A stretch of DNA of 64,000 nt from the human T2T-CHM13v2.0 reference genome, Homo sapiens: assembly GCF_009914755.1 (NCBI RefSeq), contig NC_060936.1. One strand, 5' to 3'. Shown piece by piece: positions 1 to 13,500 of this stretch; position 1 is the first letter of the stretch, and every line of letters begins with the position of its first letter. The notes under the pieces are model-generated. The model had not been told where the DNA came from, searched no databases, and saw only the letters and a program-made list of their open reading frames with translations. The translations under genes and the position numbers were made by a program.

Positions 1-401
1 GAGTTGAATAGAGGCAACACAAAGAACTTACTCAGTATTCTTCTTTCTAGCGTTATATGAAGAAATGCCGTTTCCAACGAAGGCCTCAAAGAGGTCCAAA
101 TATCTGCTTGCAGACTTTACAGACAGAGTGTTTCCAAACTACTCTATGAAAAGAAAGCTTAAACTCCTTGAGTTGAACGCACACATCACAAAGTAGTTTC
201 TGAGAATGATTCTGTCTTGTTTTTATACAAATGTATTTCCGTTTCTATGGCCTCAAAGCAATTGAAATCTCCAACTGGAAACTGCCCAAATAGGGTGTTT
301 CAAATCTGCTCTGTCTAAAGGAAGGTTCAACTCTGTGAGTTGAATACACACACCACAAATAAGTTACTGAGAATTCTTTTGTCGAGCATTACATGAAGAA
401 A

Positions 402-418
402 TCCCGTTTCCAACGAAG
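402..418 (-). promoter_or_regulatory. CENP-B box (first intact example; recurs every ~335-341 bp, about 189 positions, about 154 with an intact core)
   Basis: + strand tcccgtttccaacgaag is the reverse complement of CTTCGTTGGAAACGGGA and matches the core NTTCGNNNNANNCGGGN. Further copies start at 741, 1081, 1421, 1761 ... 63883. Confidence 0.97.
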
Positions 419-572
419 GCCTCAAAGAGGTCCAAATATCCACTTGCAGACATTACAAACAGAGTGTTTCCAAACTGCTCCATCAAAAGAAAGTTTAAAC
501 TCTGTGAGCTGAACACACACATCAAAAAGAAGTTTCTGTGAATGATTCTGTCTAGATTTTATAAGAAGATGT

Positions 573-589
573 TTCCTTTTCTACCGTAG
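573..589. promoter_or_regulatory. pJalpha/A-box-like motif in the alternate (non-CENP-B) monomer, example
   Basis: ttccttttctaccgtag lies ~171 bp after the CENP-B box at the homologous position and resembles the pJalpha motif of A-type monomers, giving an alternating A/B monomer pattern. Confidence 0.7.
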
Positions 590-3500
590 GCCTCAAAGCG
601 CTTGAAATCTCCAGCTGCAAATTCCACAAAAAGGGTGTTTAACATCTGCTCTTCTAAAGGAAAGTTCAACTCTATGAGTTGAATACACACAGCACAAAGA
701 AGTTACTGAGACTTCTCCTATCAAACATTATATGAAGAAATCCCGTTTCCAACGAAGGCCTCAAAGAGGTCCAAATATCTGCTTGCAGACTTTACAGACA
801 GAGTGTTTCCAAACTGCTCCATCAAAAGAAAGGTTAACCTCCTTGAGTTGAACACACACATCACAAAGTAGTTTCTGTGAATGATTCTGTCTAGTTTTTA
901 TACGAAGATTTTTCCTTTTCTACCTTTGGTCTCAATGCGATTGAAATCTCCACATGGAAACTCCACAAAAAGAGTGTTTCAAATCTGCTCTGTCTAAAGG
1001 AAGGTTCAACTCTGTGAGTTGAATACACACACCACAATTAAGTTACTGAGAATTCTTCTGTGTAACATTATATGAGGAAATCCCGTTTCCAACGAAGACC
1101 TCAAAGAGGTCCAAATATCCACTTGCAGACTTTACAAAGACAGTGTCTCCAAACTCCTCCATCAAAAGAAAGGTTATACTCTGTGAATTGAACGCACACA
1201 TCACAAAGTAGTTTCTGAGAATGATTCTGTCTAGTTTTTATACGAAGATATTTCCTTTTCTACATTTGGCCAAAAAGCGCTTGAAATCTCCACCTGCAAA
1301 TATCACAAAAAGAGGGTTTCACATCTGCTCTGTCTAAAGGACAGTTCACCTCTGTGAGTTGAATAGAGGCAACACAAAGAACTTACTCAGTATTCTTCTT
1401 TCTAGCTTTCTATGAAGAAATCCCGTTTCCAACGAAGGCCTCAAAGAGGTCCAAATATCTGCTTGCAGACTTTACAGACAGAGTGTTTCCAAACTACTCT
1501 ATGAAAAGAAAGCTTAAACTCCTTAAGTTGAACGCACACATCACAAAGTAGTTTCTGAGAATGATTCTGTCTTGTTTTTATACAAATGTATTTCCGTTTC
1601 TATGATTGGCCTCAAAGCGATTGAATTCTCCAACTGGAAACTGCACAAATAGGGTGTTTCAAATCTGCTCTGTGTAAAGTAAGTTTCAACTCTGTGAGTT
1701 GAATACACACACCAAAAATAAGTTACTGAGAATTCTTCTGTGTAACATTATATGAGGAAATCCCGTTTCCAACGAAGGCCTCAAAGAGGTCCATATATCC
1801 ACTTGCAGACTTTACAAAGACAGGGTCTCCAAACTCCTCCATCAAAAGAAAGGTTATACTCTGTGAATTGAACGCACACATCACAAAGTAGTTTCTGAGA
1901 AAGATTCTGTCTAGTTTTTATACGAAGATATTTCCTTTTCTACATTTGGCCTATAAGCGCTTGAAATCTCCACCTGCAAATAACACAAAAAGAGGGTTTC
2001 ACATCTGCTCTGTCTGAAGGACAGTTCACCTCTGTGAGTTGAATAGAGGCAACACAAAGAACTTACTCAGTATTCTTCTTTCTAGCGTTATATGAAGAAA
2101 TGCCGTTTCCAACGAAGGCCTCAAAGAGGTCCAAATATCTGCTTGCAGACTTTACAGACAGAGTGTTTCCAAACTACTCTATGAAAAGAAAGCTTAAACT
2201 CCTTGAGTTGAACGCACACATCACAAAGTAGTTTCTGAGAATGATTCTGTCTTGTTTTTATACAAATGTATTTCCGTTTCTATGGCCTCAAAGCAATTGA
2301 AATCTCCAACTGGAAACTGCCCAAATAGGGTGTTTCAAATCTGCTCTGTCTAAAGGAAGGTTCAACTCTGTGAGTTGAATACACACACCACAAATAAGTT
2401 ACTGAGAATTCTTCTGTCGAACATTACATGAAGAAATCCCGTTTCCAACGAAGGCCTCAAAGAGGTCCAAATATCCACTTGCAGACATTACAAACAGAGT
2501 GTTTCCAAACTGCTCCATCAAAAGAAAGGTTAAACTCTGTGAGCTGAACACACACATCAAAAAGAAGTTTCTGTGAATGATTCTGTCTAGATTTTATAAG
2601 AAGATGTTTCCTTTTCTACCGTAGGCCTCAAAGCGCTTGAAATCTCCAGCTGCAAATTCCACAAAAAGGGTGTTTAACATCTGCTCTTCTAAAGGAAAGT
2701 TCAACTCTATGAGTTGAATACACACAGCACAAAGAAGTTACTGAGACTTCTCCTATCAAACATTATATGAAGCCATCCCGTTTCCAACGAAGGCCTCAAA
2801 GAGGTCCAAATATCTGCTTGCAGACTTTACAGACAGAGTGTTTCCCAACTGCTCCATCAAAAGAAAGGTTAACCTCCTTGAGTTGAACACACACATCACA
2901 AAGTAGTTTCTGTGAATGATTCTGTCTAGTTTTTATACGAAGATGTTTCCTTTTCTACCTTTGGCCTAAAAGCGCTTGAAATCTCCACCTGCAAATATCA
3001 CAAAAAGAGGGTTTCACATCTGCTCTGTCTAAAGGACAGTTCACCTCTGTGAGTTGAACAGAGACAACACAAAGAACTTACTCAGTATTCTTCTTTCTAG
3101 CGTTCTATGAAGAAATCCCGTTTCCAACAAAGGCCGCAAAGAGGTCTAAATATCTGCTTGCAGACTTTACAGACAGAGTGTTTCCAAACTACTCTATGAA
3201 AAGAAAGCTTAAACTCCTTGAGTTAAACGCACACATCACAAAGTAGTTTCTGAGAATGATTCTGTCTAGTTTTTATACGAAGATGTTTCCTTTTCTACAT
3301 TTGGTCTCAAAGCGATTGAAATCTCCAACTGGAAACTGCACAAATAGGGTGTTTCAAATCTGCTCTGTCTAAAGGAAGGTTCAACTCTGTGAGTTGAATA
3401 CACACACCACAAATAAGTTACTGAGAATTCTTGTGTCGAACATTACATGAAGAAATCCCGTTTCCAACGAAGGCCTCAAAGAGGTCCAAATATCCACTTG

Positions 3501-4810
3501 CAGACATTACAAACAGAGTGTTTCCAAACTGCTCAATCAAAAGAAAGTTTAAACTCTGTGAGCTGTACACACACATCAAAAAGAAGTTTCTGTGAATGAT
3601 TCTGTCTAGATTTTATAAGAAGATGTTTCCTTTTCTACCGTAGGCCTCAAAGCGCTTGAAATCTCCACCTGCAAATTCCACAAAAAGGGTGTTTAACATC
3701 TGCTCTTCTAAAGAAAAGTTCAACTCTATGAGTTGAATACACACAGCACAAAGAAGTTACTGAGACTTCTCCTATCAAACATTATATGAAGAAATCCCGT
3801 TTCCAACGAAGGCCTCAAAGAGGTCCAAATATCTGCTTGCCGACTTTACAGACAGAGTGTTTCCAAACTGCTCTATCAAAAGAAAGGTTAACCTCCTTGA
3901 GTTGAACACACACATCACAAAGTAGTTTCTGTGAATGATTCTGTCTAGTTTTTATACGAAGATGTTTCCTTTTCTACCTTTGGTCTCAAAGCGATTGAAA
4001 TCTCCACATGGAAACTCCACAAAAAGAGTGTTTCAAATCTGCTCTTTCTGAAGGAAGGTTCAACTCTGTGAGTTGAATACACACACCACAAATAAGTTAC
4101 TGAGAATTCTTCTGTGTAACATTATATGAGGAAATCCCGTTTCCAACGAAGGCCTCAAAGAGGTCCAAATATCCACTTGCAGACTTTACAAAGACAGTGT
4201 CTCCAAACTCCTCCATCAAAAGAAAGCTTATACTCTGTGAATTGAACGCACACATCACAAAGTAGTTTCTGAGAATGATTCTGTCTAGTTTTTATACGAA
4301 GATATTTCCTTTTCTACATTTGGCCTAAAAGCGCTTGAAATCTCCACGTGCAAATATCACAAAAAGAGGGTTTCACATCTGCTCTGTCTAAAGGACAGTT
4401 CACCTCTGTGAGTTGAATAGAGGCAACACATAGAACTTACTCAGTATTCTTCTTTCTAGCGTTATATGAAGAAATCCCTTTTCCAACGAAGGCCTCAAAG
4501 AGGTCCAAATATCTGCTTGCAGACTTTACAGACAGAGTGTTTCCAAACTACTCTATGAAAAGAAAGCTTAAACTCCTTGAGTTGAACGCACACATCACAA
4601 AGTAGTTTCTGAGAATGATTCTGTCAAGTTTTTATACAAATGTATTTCCTTTTCTATGGCCTCAAAGCAATTGAAATCTCCAACTGGAAACTGCACAAAT
4701 AGGGTGTTTCAAATCTGCTCTGTCTAAAGGAAGGTTCAACTCTGTGAGATGAATACACACACCACAAATAAGTTACTGAGAATTCTTCTGTCGAACATTA
4801 CATGAAGAAA

Positions 4811-7800
4811 TCCCGTTTCCAACTAAGGCCTCAAAGAGGTCCAAATATCCACTTGCAGACATTACAAACAGAGTGTTTCCAAACTGCTCCATCAAAAGAA
4901 AGTTTAAACTCTGTGAGCTGAACACACACATCAAAAAGAAGTTTCTGTGAATGATTCTGTCTAGATTTTATAAGAAGATGTTTCCTTTTCTACCGTAGGC
5001 CTCAAAGCGCTTGAAATCTCCAGCTGCAAATTCCACAAAAAGGGTGTTTAACATCTGCTCTTCTAAAGGAAAGTTCAACTCTATGAGTTGAATACACACA
5101 GCACAAAGAAGTTACTGAGACTTCTCCTATCAAACATTATATGAAGAAATCCCGTTTCCAACGAAGGCCTCAAAGAGGTCCAAATATCTGCTTGCAGACT
5201 TTACAGACAGAGTGTTTCCAAACTGCTCCATCAAAAGAAAGGTTAACCTCCTTGAGTTGAACACACACATCACAAAGTAGTTTCTGTGAATGATTCTGTC
5301 TAGTTTTTATACGAAGATTTTTCCTTTTCTACCTTTGGTCTCAATGCGATTGAAATCTCCACATGGAAACTCCACAAGAAGAGTGTTTCAAATCTGCTCT
5401 GTCTAAAGGAAGGTTCAACTCTGTGAGTTGAATACACACACCACAATTAAGTTACTGAGAATTCTTCTGTGTAACATTATATGAGGAAATCCCGTTTCCA
5501 ACGAAGACCTCAAAGAGGTCCAAATATCCACTTGCAGACTTTACAAAGACAGTGTCTCCAAACTCCTCCATCAAAAGAAAGGTTATACTCTGTGAATTGA
5601 ACGCACACATCACAAAGTAGTTTCTGAGAATGATTCTGTCTAGTTTTTATACGAAGATATTTCCTTTTCTACATTTGGCCTAAAAGCGCTTGAAATCTCC
5701 ACCTGCAAATATCACAAAAAGAGGGTTTCACATCTGCTCTGTCTAAAGGACAGTTCACCTCTGTGAGTTGAATAGAGGCAACACAAAGAACTTACTCAGT
5801 ATTCTTCTTTCTAGCTTTCTATGAAGAAATCCCGTTTCCAACGAAGGCCTCAAAGAGGTCCAAATATCTGCTTGCAGACTTTACAGACAGAGTGTTTCCA
5901 AACTACTCTATGAAAAGAAAGCTTAAACTCCTTAAGTTGAACGCACACATCACAAAGTAGTTTCTGAGAATGATTCTGTCTTGTTTTTATACAAATGTAT
6001 TTCCGTTTCTATGATTGGCCTCAAAGCGATTGAATTCTCCAACTGGAAACTGCACAAATAGGGTGTTTCAAATCTGCTCTGTCTAAAGTAAGTTTCAACT
6101 CTGTGAGTTGAATACACACACCACCAATAAGTTACTGAGAATTCTTCTGTGTAACATTATATGAGGAAATCCCGTTTCCAACGAAGGCCTCAAAGAGGTC
6201 CATATATCCACTTGCAGACTTTACAAAGACAGGGTCTCCAAACTCCTCCATCAAAAGAAAGGTTATACTCTGTGAATTGAACGCACACATCACAAAGTAG
6301 TTTCTGAGAATGATTCTGTCTAGTTTTTATACGAAGATATTTCCTTTTCTACATTTGGCCTATAAGCGCTTGAAATCTCCACCTGCAAATATCACAAAAA
6401 GAGGGTTTCACATCTGCTCTGTCTGAAGGACAGTTCACCTCTGTGAGTTGAATAGAGGCAACACAAAGAACTTACTCAGTATTCTTCTTTCTAGCGTTAT
6501 ATGAAGAAATGCCGTTTCCAACGAAGGCCTCAAAGAGGTCCAAATATCTGCTTGCAGACTTTACAGACAGAGTGTTTCCAAACTACTCTATGAAAAGAAA
6601 GCTTAAACTCCTTGAGTTGAACGCACACATCACAAAGTAGTTTCTGAGAATGATTCTGTCTTGTTTTTATACAAATGTATTTCCGTTTCTATGGCCTCAA
6701 AGCAATTGAAATCTCCAACTGGAAACTGCCCAAATAGGGTGTTTCAAATCTGCTCTGTCTAAAGGAAGGTTCAACTCTGTGAGTTGAATACACACACCAC
6801 AAATAAGTTACTGAGAATTCTTCTGTCGAACATTACATGAAGAAATCCCGTTTCCAACGAAGGCGTCAAAGAGGTCCAAATATCCACTTGCAGACATTAC
6901 AAACAGAGTGTTTCCAAACTGCTCCATCAAAAGAAAGGTTAAACTCTGTGAGCTGAACACACACATCAAAAAGAAGTTTCCGTGAATGATTCTGTCTAGA
7001 TTTTATAAGAAGATGTTTCCTTTTCTACCGTAGGCCTCAAAGCGCTTGAAATCTCCAGCTGCAAATTCCACAAAAAGGGTGTTTAACATCTGCTCTTCTA
7101 AAGGAAAGTTCAACTCTATGAGTTGAATACACACAGCACAAAGAAGTTACTGAGACTTCTCCTATCAAACATTATATGAAGCAATCCCGTTTCCAACGAA
7201 GGCCTCAAAGAGGTCCAAATATCTGCTTGCAGACTTTACAGACAGAGTGTTTCCCAACTGCTCCATCAAAAGAAAGGTTAACCTCCTTGAGTTGAACACA
7301 CACATCACAAAGTAGTTTCTGTGAATGATTCTGTCTAGTTTTTATACGAAGATGTTTCCTTTTCTACCTTTGGCCTAAAAGCGCTTGAAATCTCCACCTG
7401 CAAATATCACAAAAAGAGGGTTTCACATCTGCTCTGTCTAAAGGACAGTTCACCTCTGTGAGTTGAATAGAGACAACACAAAGAACTTACTCAGTATTCT
7501 TCTTTCTAGCGTTCTATGAAGAAATCCCGTTTCCAACGAAGGCCTCAAAGAGGCCCAAATATCTGCTTGCAGACTTTATAGACAGAGTGTTTCCAAACTA
7601 CTCTATGAAAAGAAAGCTTAAACTCCTTGAGTTGAACGCACACATCACAAAGTAGTTTCTGAGAATGATTCTGTCTAGTTTTTATACGAAGATATTTCCT
7701 TTTCTACATTTGGTCTCAAAGCGATTGAAATCTCCAACTGGAAACTGCACAAATAGGGTGTTTCAAATCTGCTCTGTCTAAAGGAAGGTTCAACTCTGTG

Positions 7801-9219
7801 AGTTGAATACACACACCACAAATAAGTTACTGAGAATTCTTGTGTCGAACATTACATGAAGAAATCCCGTTTCCAACGAAGGCCTCAAAGAGGTCCAAAT
7901 ATCCACTTGCAGACATTACAAACAGAGTGTTTCCAAACTGCTCAATCAAAAGAAAGTTTAAACTCTGTGAGCTGAACACACACATCAAAAAGAAGTTTCT
8001 GTGAATGATTCTGTCTAGATTTTATAAGAAGATGTTTCCTTTTCTACCGTAGGCCTCAAAGCGCTTGAAATCTCCACCTGCAAATTCCACAAAAAGGGTG
8101 TTTAACATCTGCTCTTCTAAAGAAAAGTTCAACTCTATGAGTTGAATACACACAGCACAAAGAAGTTACTGAGACTTCTCCTATCAAACATTATATGAAG
8201 AAATCCCGTTTCCAACGAAGGCCTCAAAGAGGTCCAAATATCTGCTTGCCGACTTTACAGACAGAGTGTTTCCAAACTGCTCTATCAAAAGAAAGGTTAA
8301 CCTCCTTGAGTTGAACACACACATCACAAAGTAGTTTCTGTGAATGATTCTGTCTAGTTTTTATACGAAGATGTTTCCTTTTCTACCTTTGGTCTCAAAG
8401 CGATTGAAATCTCCACATGGAAACTCCACAAAAAGAGTGTTTCAAATCTGCTCTTTCTGAAGGAAGGTTCAACTCTTTGAGTTGAATACACACACCACAA
8501 ATAAGTTACTGAGAATTCTTCTGTGTAACATTATATGAGGAAATCCCGTTTCCAACGAAGGCCTCAAAGAGGTCCAAATATCCACTTGCAGACTTTACAA
8601 AGACAGTGTCTCCAAACTCCTCCATCAAAAGAAAGCTTATACTCTGTGAATTGAACGCACACATCACAAAGTAGTTTCTGAGAATGATTCTGTCTAGTTT
8701 TTATACGAAGATATTTCCTTTTCTACATTTGGCCTAAAAGCGCTTGAAATCTCCACGTGCAAATATCACAAAAAGAGGGTTTCACATCTGCTCTGTCTAA
8801 AGGACAGTTCACCTCTGTGAGTTGAATAGAGGCAACACATAGAACTTACTCAGTATTCTTCTTTCTAGCGTTATATGAAGAAATCCCGTTTCCAACGAAG
8901 GCCTCAAAGAGGTCCAAATATCTGCTTGCAGACTTTACAGACAGAGTGTTTCCAAACTACTCTATGAAAAGAAAGCTTAAACTCCTTGAGTTGAATGCAC
9001 ACATCACAAAGTAGTTTCTGAGAATGATTCTGTCAAGTTTTTATACAAATGTATTTCCTTTTCTATGGCCTCAAAGCAATTGAAATCTCCAACTGGAAAC
9101 TGCACAAATAGGGTGTTTCAAATCTGCTCTGTCTAAAGGAAGGTTCAACTCTGTGAGATGAATACACACACCACAAATAAGTTACTGAGAATTCTTCTGT
9201 CGAACATTACATGAAGAAA
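4811..9219 (-). repeat. 26-monomer super-HOR copy 2, 4409 bp
   Basis: Same dimer order. Marker tgccgtttcc at 2101 recurs at 6510 (+4409); the gaagacc box at 1081 recurs at 5490. Confidence 0.9.
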
Positions 9220-10578
9220 TCCCGTTTCCAACTAAGGCCTCAAAGAGGTCCAAATATCCACTTGCAGACATTACAAACAGAGTGTTTCCAAACTGCTCCA
9301 TCAAAAGAAAGTTTAAACTCTGTGAGCTGAACACACACATCAAAAAGAAGTTTCTGTGAATGATTCTGTCTAGATTTTATAAGAAGATGTTTCCTTTTCT
9401 ACCGTAGGCCTCAAAGCGCTTGAAATCTCCAGCTGCAAATTCCACAAAAAGGGTGTTTAACATCTGCTCTTCTAAAGGAAAGTTCAACTCTATGAGTTGA
9501 ATACACACAGCACAAAGAAGTTACTGAGACTTCTCCTATCAAACATTATATGAAGAAATCCCGTTTCCAACGAAGGCCTCAAAGAGGTCCAAATATCTGC
9601 TTGCAGACTTTACAGACAGAGTGTTTCCAAACTGCTCCATCAAAAGAAAGGTTAACCTCCTTGAGTTGAACACACACATCACAAAGTAGTTTCTGTGAAT
9701 GATTCTGTCTAGTTTTTATACGAAGATTTTTCCTTTTCTACCTTTGGTCTCAATGCGATTGAAATCTCCACATGGAAACTCCACAAAAAGAGTGTTTCAA
9801 ATCTGCTCTGTCTAAAGGAAGGTTCAACTCTGTGAGTTGAATACACACACCACAATTAAGTTACTGAGAATTCTTCTGTGTAACATTATATGAGGAAATC
9901 CCGTTTCCAACGAAGACCTCAAAGAGGTCCAAATATCCACTTGCAGACTTTACAAAGACAGTGTCTCCAAACTCCTCCATCAAAAGAAAGGTTATACTCT
10001 GTGAATTGAACGCACACATCACAAAGTAGTTTCTGAGAATGATTCTGTCTAGTTTTTATACGAAGATATTTCCTTTTCTACATTTGGCCAAAAAGCGCTT
10101 GAAATCTCCACCTGCAAATATCACAAAAAGAGGGTTTCACATCTGCTCTGTCTAAAGGACAGTTCACCTCTGTGAGTTGAATAGAGGCAACACAAAGAAC
10201 TTACTCAGTATTCTTCTTTCTAGCTTTCTATGAAGAAATCCCGTTTCCAACGAAGGCCTCAAAGAGGTCCAAATATCTGCTTGCAGACTTTACAGACAGA
10301 GTGTTTCCAAACTACTCTATGAAAAGAAAGCTTAAACTCCTTAAGTTGAACGCACACATCACAAAGTAGTTTCTGAGAATGATTCTGTCTTGTTTTTATA
10401 CAAATGTATTTCCGTTTCTATGATTGGCCTCAAAGCGATTGAATTCTCCAACTGGAAACTGCACAAATAGGGTGTTTCAAATCTGCTCTGTCTAAAGTAA
10501 GTTTCAACTCTGTGAGTTGAATACACACACCACAAATAAGTTACTCAGTATTCTTCTTTCTAGCGTTATATGAAGAAA

Positions 10579-13500
10579 TCCCGTTTCCAACGAAGGCCTC
10601 AAAGAGGTCCAAATATCCACATGCAGACATTACAAACAGAGTGTTTCCAAACTGCTCCATCAAAAGAAAGGTTAAACTCTGTGAGCTGAACACACACATC
10701 AAAAAGAAGTTTCTGTGAATGATTCTGTCTAGATTTTATAAGAAGATGTTTCCTTTTCTACCGTAGGCCTCAAAGCGCTTGAAATCTCCAGCTGCAAATT
10801 CCACAAAAAGGGTGTTTAACATCTGCTCTTCTAAAGGAAAGTTCAACTCTATGAGTTGAATACACACAGCACAAAGAAGTTACTGAGACTTCTCCTATCA
10901 AACATTATATGAAGAAATCCCGTTTCTAACGAAGGCCTCAAAGAGGTCCAAATATCTGCTTGCCGACTTTACAGACAGACTGTTTCCAAACTGCTCCATC
11001 AAAAGAAAGGTTAACCTCCTTGAGTTGAACACACACATCACAAAGTAGTTTCTGTGAATGATTCTGTCTAGTTTTTATACGAAGATGTTTCCTTTTCTAC
11101 CTTTGGTCTCAATGCGATTGAAATCTCCACATGGAAACTCCACAAAAAGAGTGTTTCAAATCTGCTCTCTCTAAAGGAAGGTTCAACTCTGTGAGTTGAA
11201 TACACACACCACAATTAAGTTACTGAGAATTCTTCTGTGTAACATTATATGAGGAAATCCCGTTTCCAACGAAGGCCTCAAAGAGGTCCAAATATCCACT
11301 TGCAGACTTTACAAAGACAGTGTCTCCAAACTCCTCCATCAAAAGAAAGGTTATACTCTGTGAATTGAACGCACACATCACAAAGTAGTTTCTGAGAATG
11401 ATTCTGTCTAGTTTTTATACGAAGATATTTCCTTTTCTACATTTGGCCAAAAAGCGCTTGAAATCTCCACCTGCAAATATCACAAAAAGAGGGTTTCACA
11501 TCTGCTCTGTCTAAAGGACAGTTCACCTCTGTGAGTTGAATAGAGGCAACACAAAGAACTTACTCAGTATTCTTCTTTCTAGCGTTATATGAAGAAACCC
11601 CGTTTCCAACGAAGGCCTCAAAGAGGTCCAAATATCTGCTTGCAGACTTTACAGACAGAGTGTTTCCAAACTACTCTATGAAAAGAAAGCTTAAACTCCT
11701 TAAGTTGAACGCACACATCACAAAGTAGTTTCTGAGAATGATTCTGTCTTGTTTTTATACAAATGTATTTCCGTTTCTATGATTGGCCTCAAAGCGATTG
11801 AATTCTCCAACTGGAAACTGCACAAATAGGGTGTTTCAAATCTGCTCTGTCTAAAGTAAGTTTCAACTCTGTGAGTTGAATACACACACCACCAATAAGT
11901 TACTGAGAATTCTTCTGTGTAACATTATATGAGGAAATCCCGTTTCCAACGAAGGCCTCAAAGAGGTCCATATATCCACTTGCAGACTTTACAAAGACAG
12001 GGTCTCCAAACTCCTCCATCAAAAGAAAGGTTATACTCTGTGAATTGAACGCACACATCACAAAGTAGTTTCTGAGAATGATTCTGTCTAGTTTTTATAC
12101 GAAGATATTTCCTTTTCTACATTTGGCCTATAAGCGCTTGAAATCTCCACCTGCAAATATCACAAAAAGAGGTTTTCACATCTGCTCTGTCTGAAGGACA
12201 GTTCACCTCTGTGTGTTGAATAGAGGCAACACAAAGTACTTACTCAGTATTCTTCTTTCTACCGTTCTATGAAGAAATGCCGTTTCCAACGAAGGCCTCA
12301 AAGAGGTCCAAATATCTGCTTGCAGACTTTACAGACAGAGTGTTTCCAAACTACTCTATGAAAAGAAAGCTTAAACTCCTTGAGTTGAACGCACACATCA
12401 CAAAGTAGTTTCTGAGAATGATTCTGTCTTGTTTTTATACAAATGTATTTCCGTTTCTATGGCCTCAAAGCAATTGAAATCTCCAACTGGAAACTGCCCA
12501 AATAGGGTGTTTCAAATCTGCTCTGTCTAAAGGAAGGTTCAACTCTGTGAGTTGAATACACACACCACAAATAAGTTACTGAGAATTCTTCTGTCGAACA
12601 TTACATGAAGAAATCCCGTTTCCAACGAAGGCGTCAAAGAGGTCCAAATATCCACTTGCAGACATTACAAACAGAGTGTTTCCAAACTGCTCCATCAAAA
12701 GAAAGGTTAAACTCTGTGAGCTGAACACACGCATCAAAAAGAAGTTTCCGTGAATGATTCTGTCTAGATTTTATAAGATGTTTCCTTTTCTACCGTAGGC
12801 CTCAAAGCGCTTGAAATCTCCAGCTGCAAATTCCACAAAAAGGGTGTTTAACATCTGCTCTTCTAAAGGAAAGTTCAACTCTATGAGTTGAATACACACA
12901 GCACAAAGAAGTTACTGAGACTTCTCCTATCAAACATTATATGAAGCAATCCCGTTTCCAACGAAGGCCTCAAAGAGGTCCAAATATCTGCTTGCAGACT
13001 TTACAGACAGAGTGTTTCCCAACTGCTCCATCAAAAGAAAGGTTAACCTCCTTGAGTTGAACACACACATCACAAAGTAGTTTCTGTGAATGATTCTGTC
13101 TAGTTTTTATACGAAGATGTTTCCTTTTCTACCTTTGGCCTAAAAGCGCTTGAAATCTCCACCTGCAAATATCACAAAAAGAGGGTTTCACATCTGCTCT
13201 GTCTAAAGGACAGTTCACCTCTGTGAGTTGAATAGAGACAACACAAAGAACTTACTCAGTATTCTTCTTTCTAGCGTTCTATGAAGAAATCCCGTTTCCA
13301 ACGAAGGCCGCAAAGAGGTCTAAATATCTGCTTGCAGACTTTACAGACAGAGTGTTTCCAAACTACTCTATGAAAAGAAAGCTTAAACTCCTTGAGTTGA
13401 ACGCACACATCACAAAGTAGTTTCTGAGAATGATTCTGTCTAGTTTTTATACGAAGATATTTCCTTTTCTACATTTGGTCTCAAAGCGATTGAAATCTCC

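Larger units (their letters stand above)
402..4810 (-). repeat. 26-monomer super-HOR copy 1 (A B C D/B C D' | A B/C D | A B C D'), 4409 bp
   Basis: CENP-B boxes at 402, 741, 1081, 1421, 1761, 2101, 2437, 2776, 3116, 3456, 3795, 4135 and 4475, typed by diagnostic dimer sequence. Confidence 0.9.

Noticed and set aside
415-424. Short palindromes (aggcct, aagcgctt, gaattc, tctaga) as terminators or cruciform elements
   Set aside because: These are ordinary 6-8 bp dyads intrinsic to the alphoid consensus; they are too short to support a specific structural claim.
10918-10934. Variant boxes such as tcccgtttctaacgaag (10918, 17363), tcccgattcc (44824) and ...cgaat (36353)
   Set aside because: The changes fall outside the 9 core positions, so they were not counted as disrupted.
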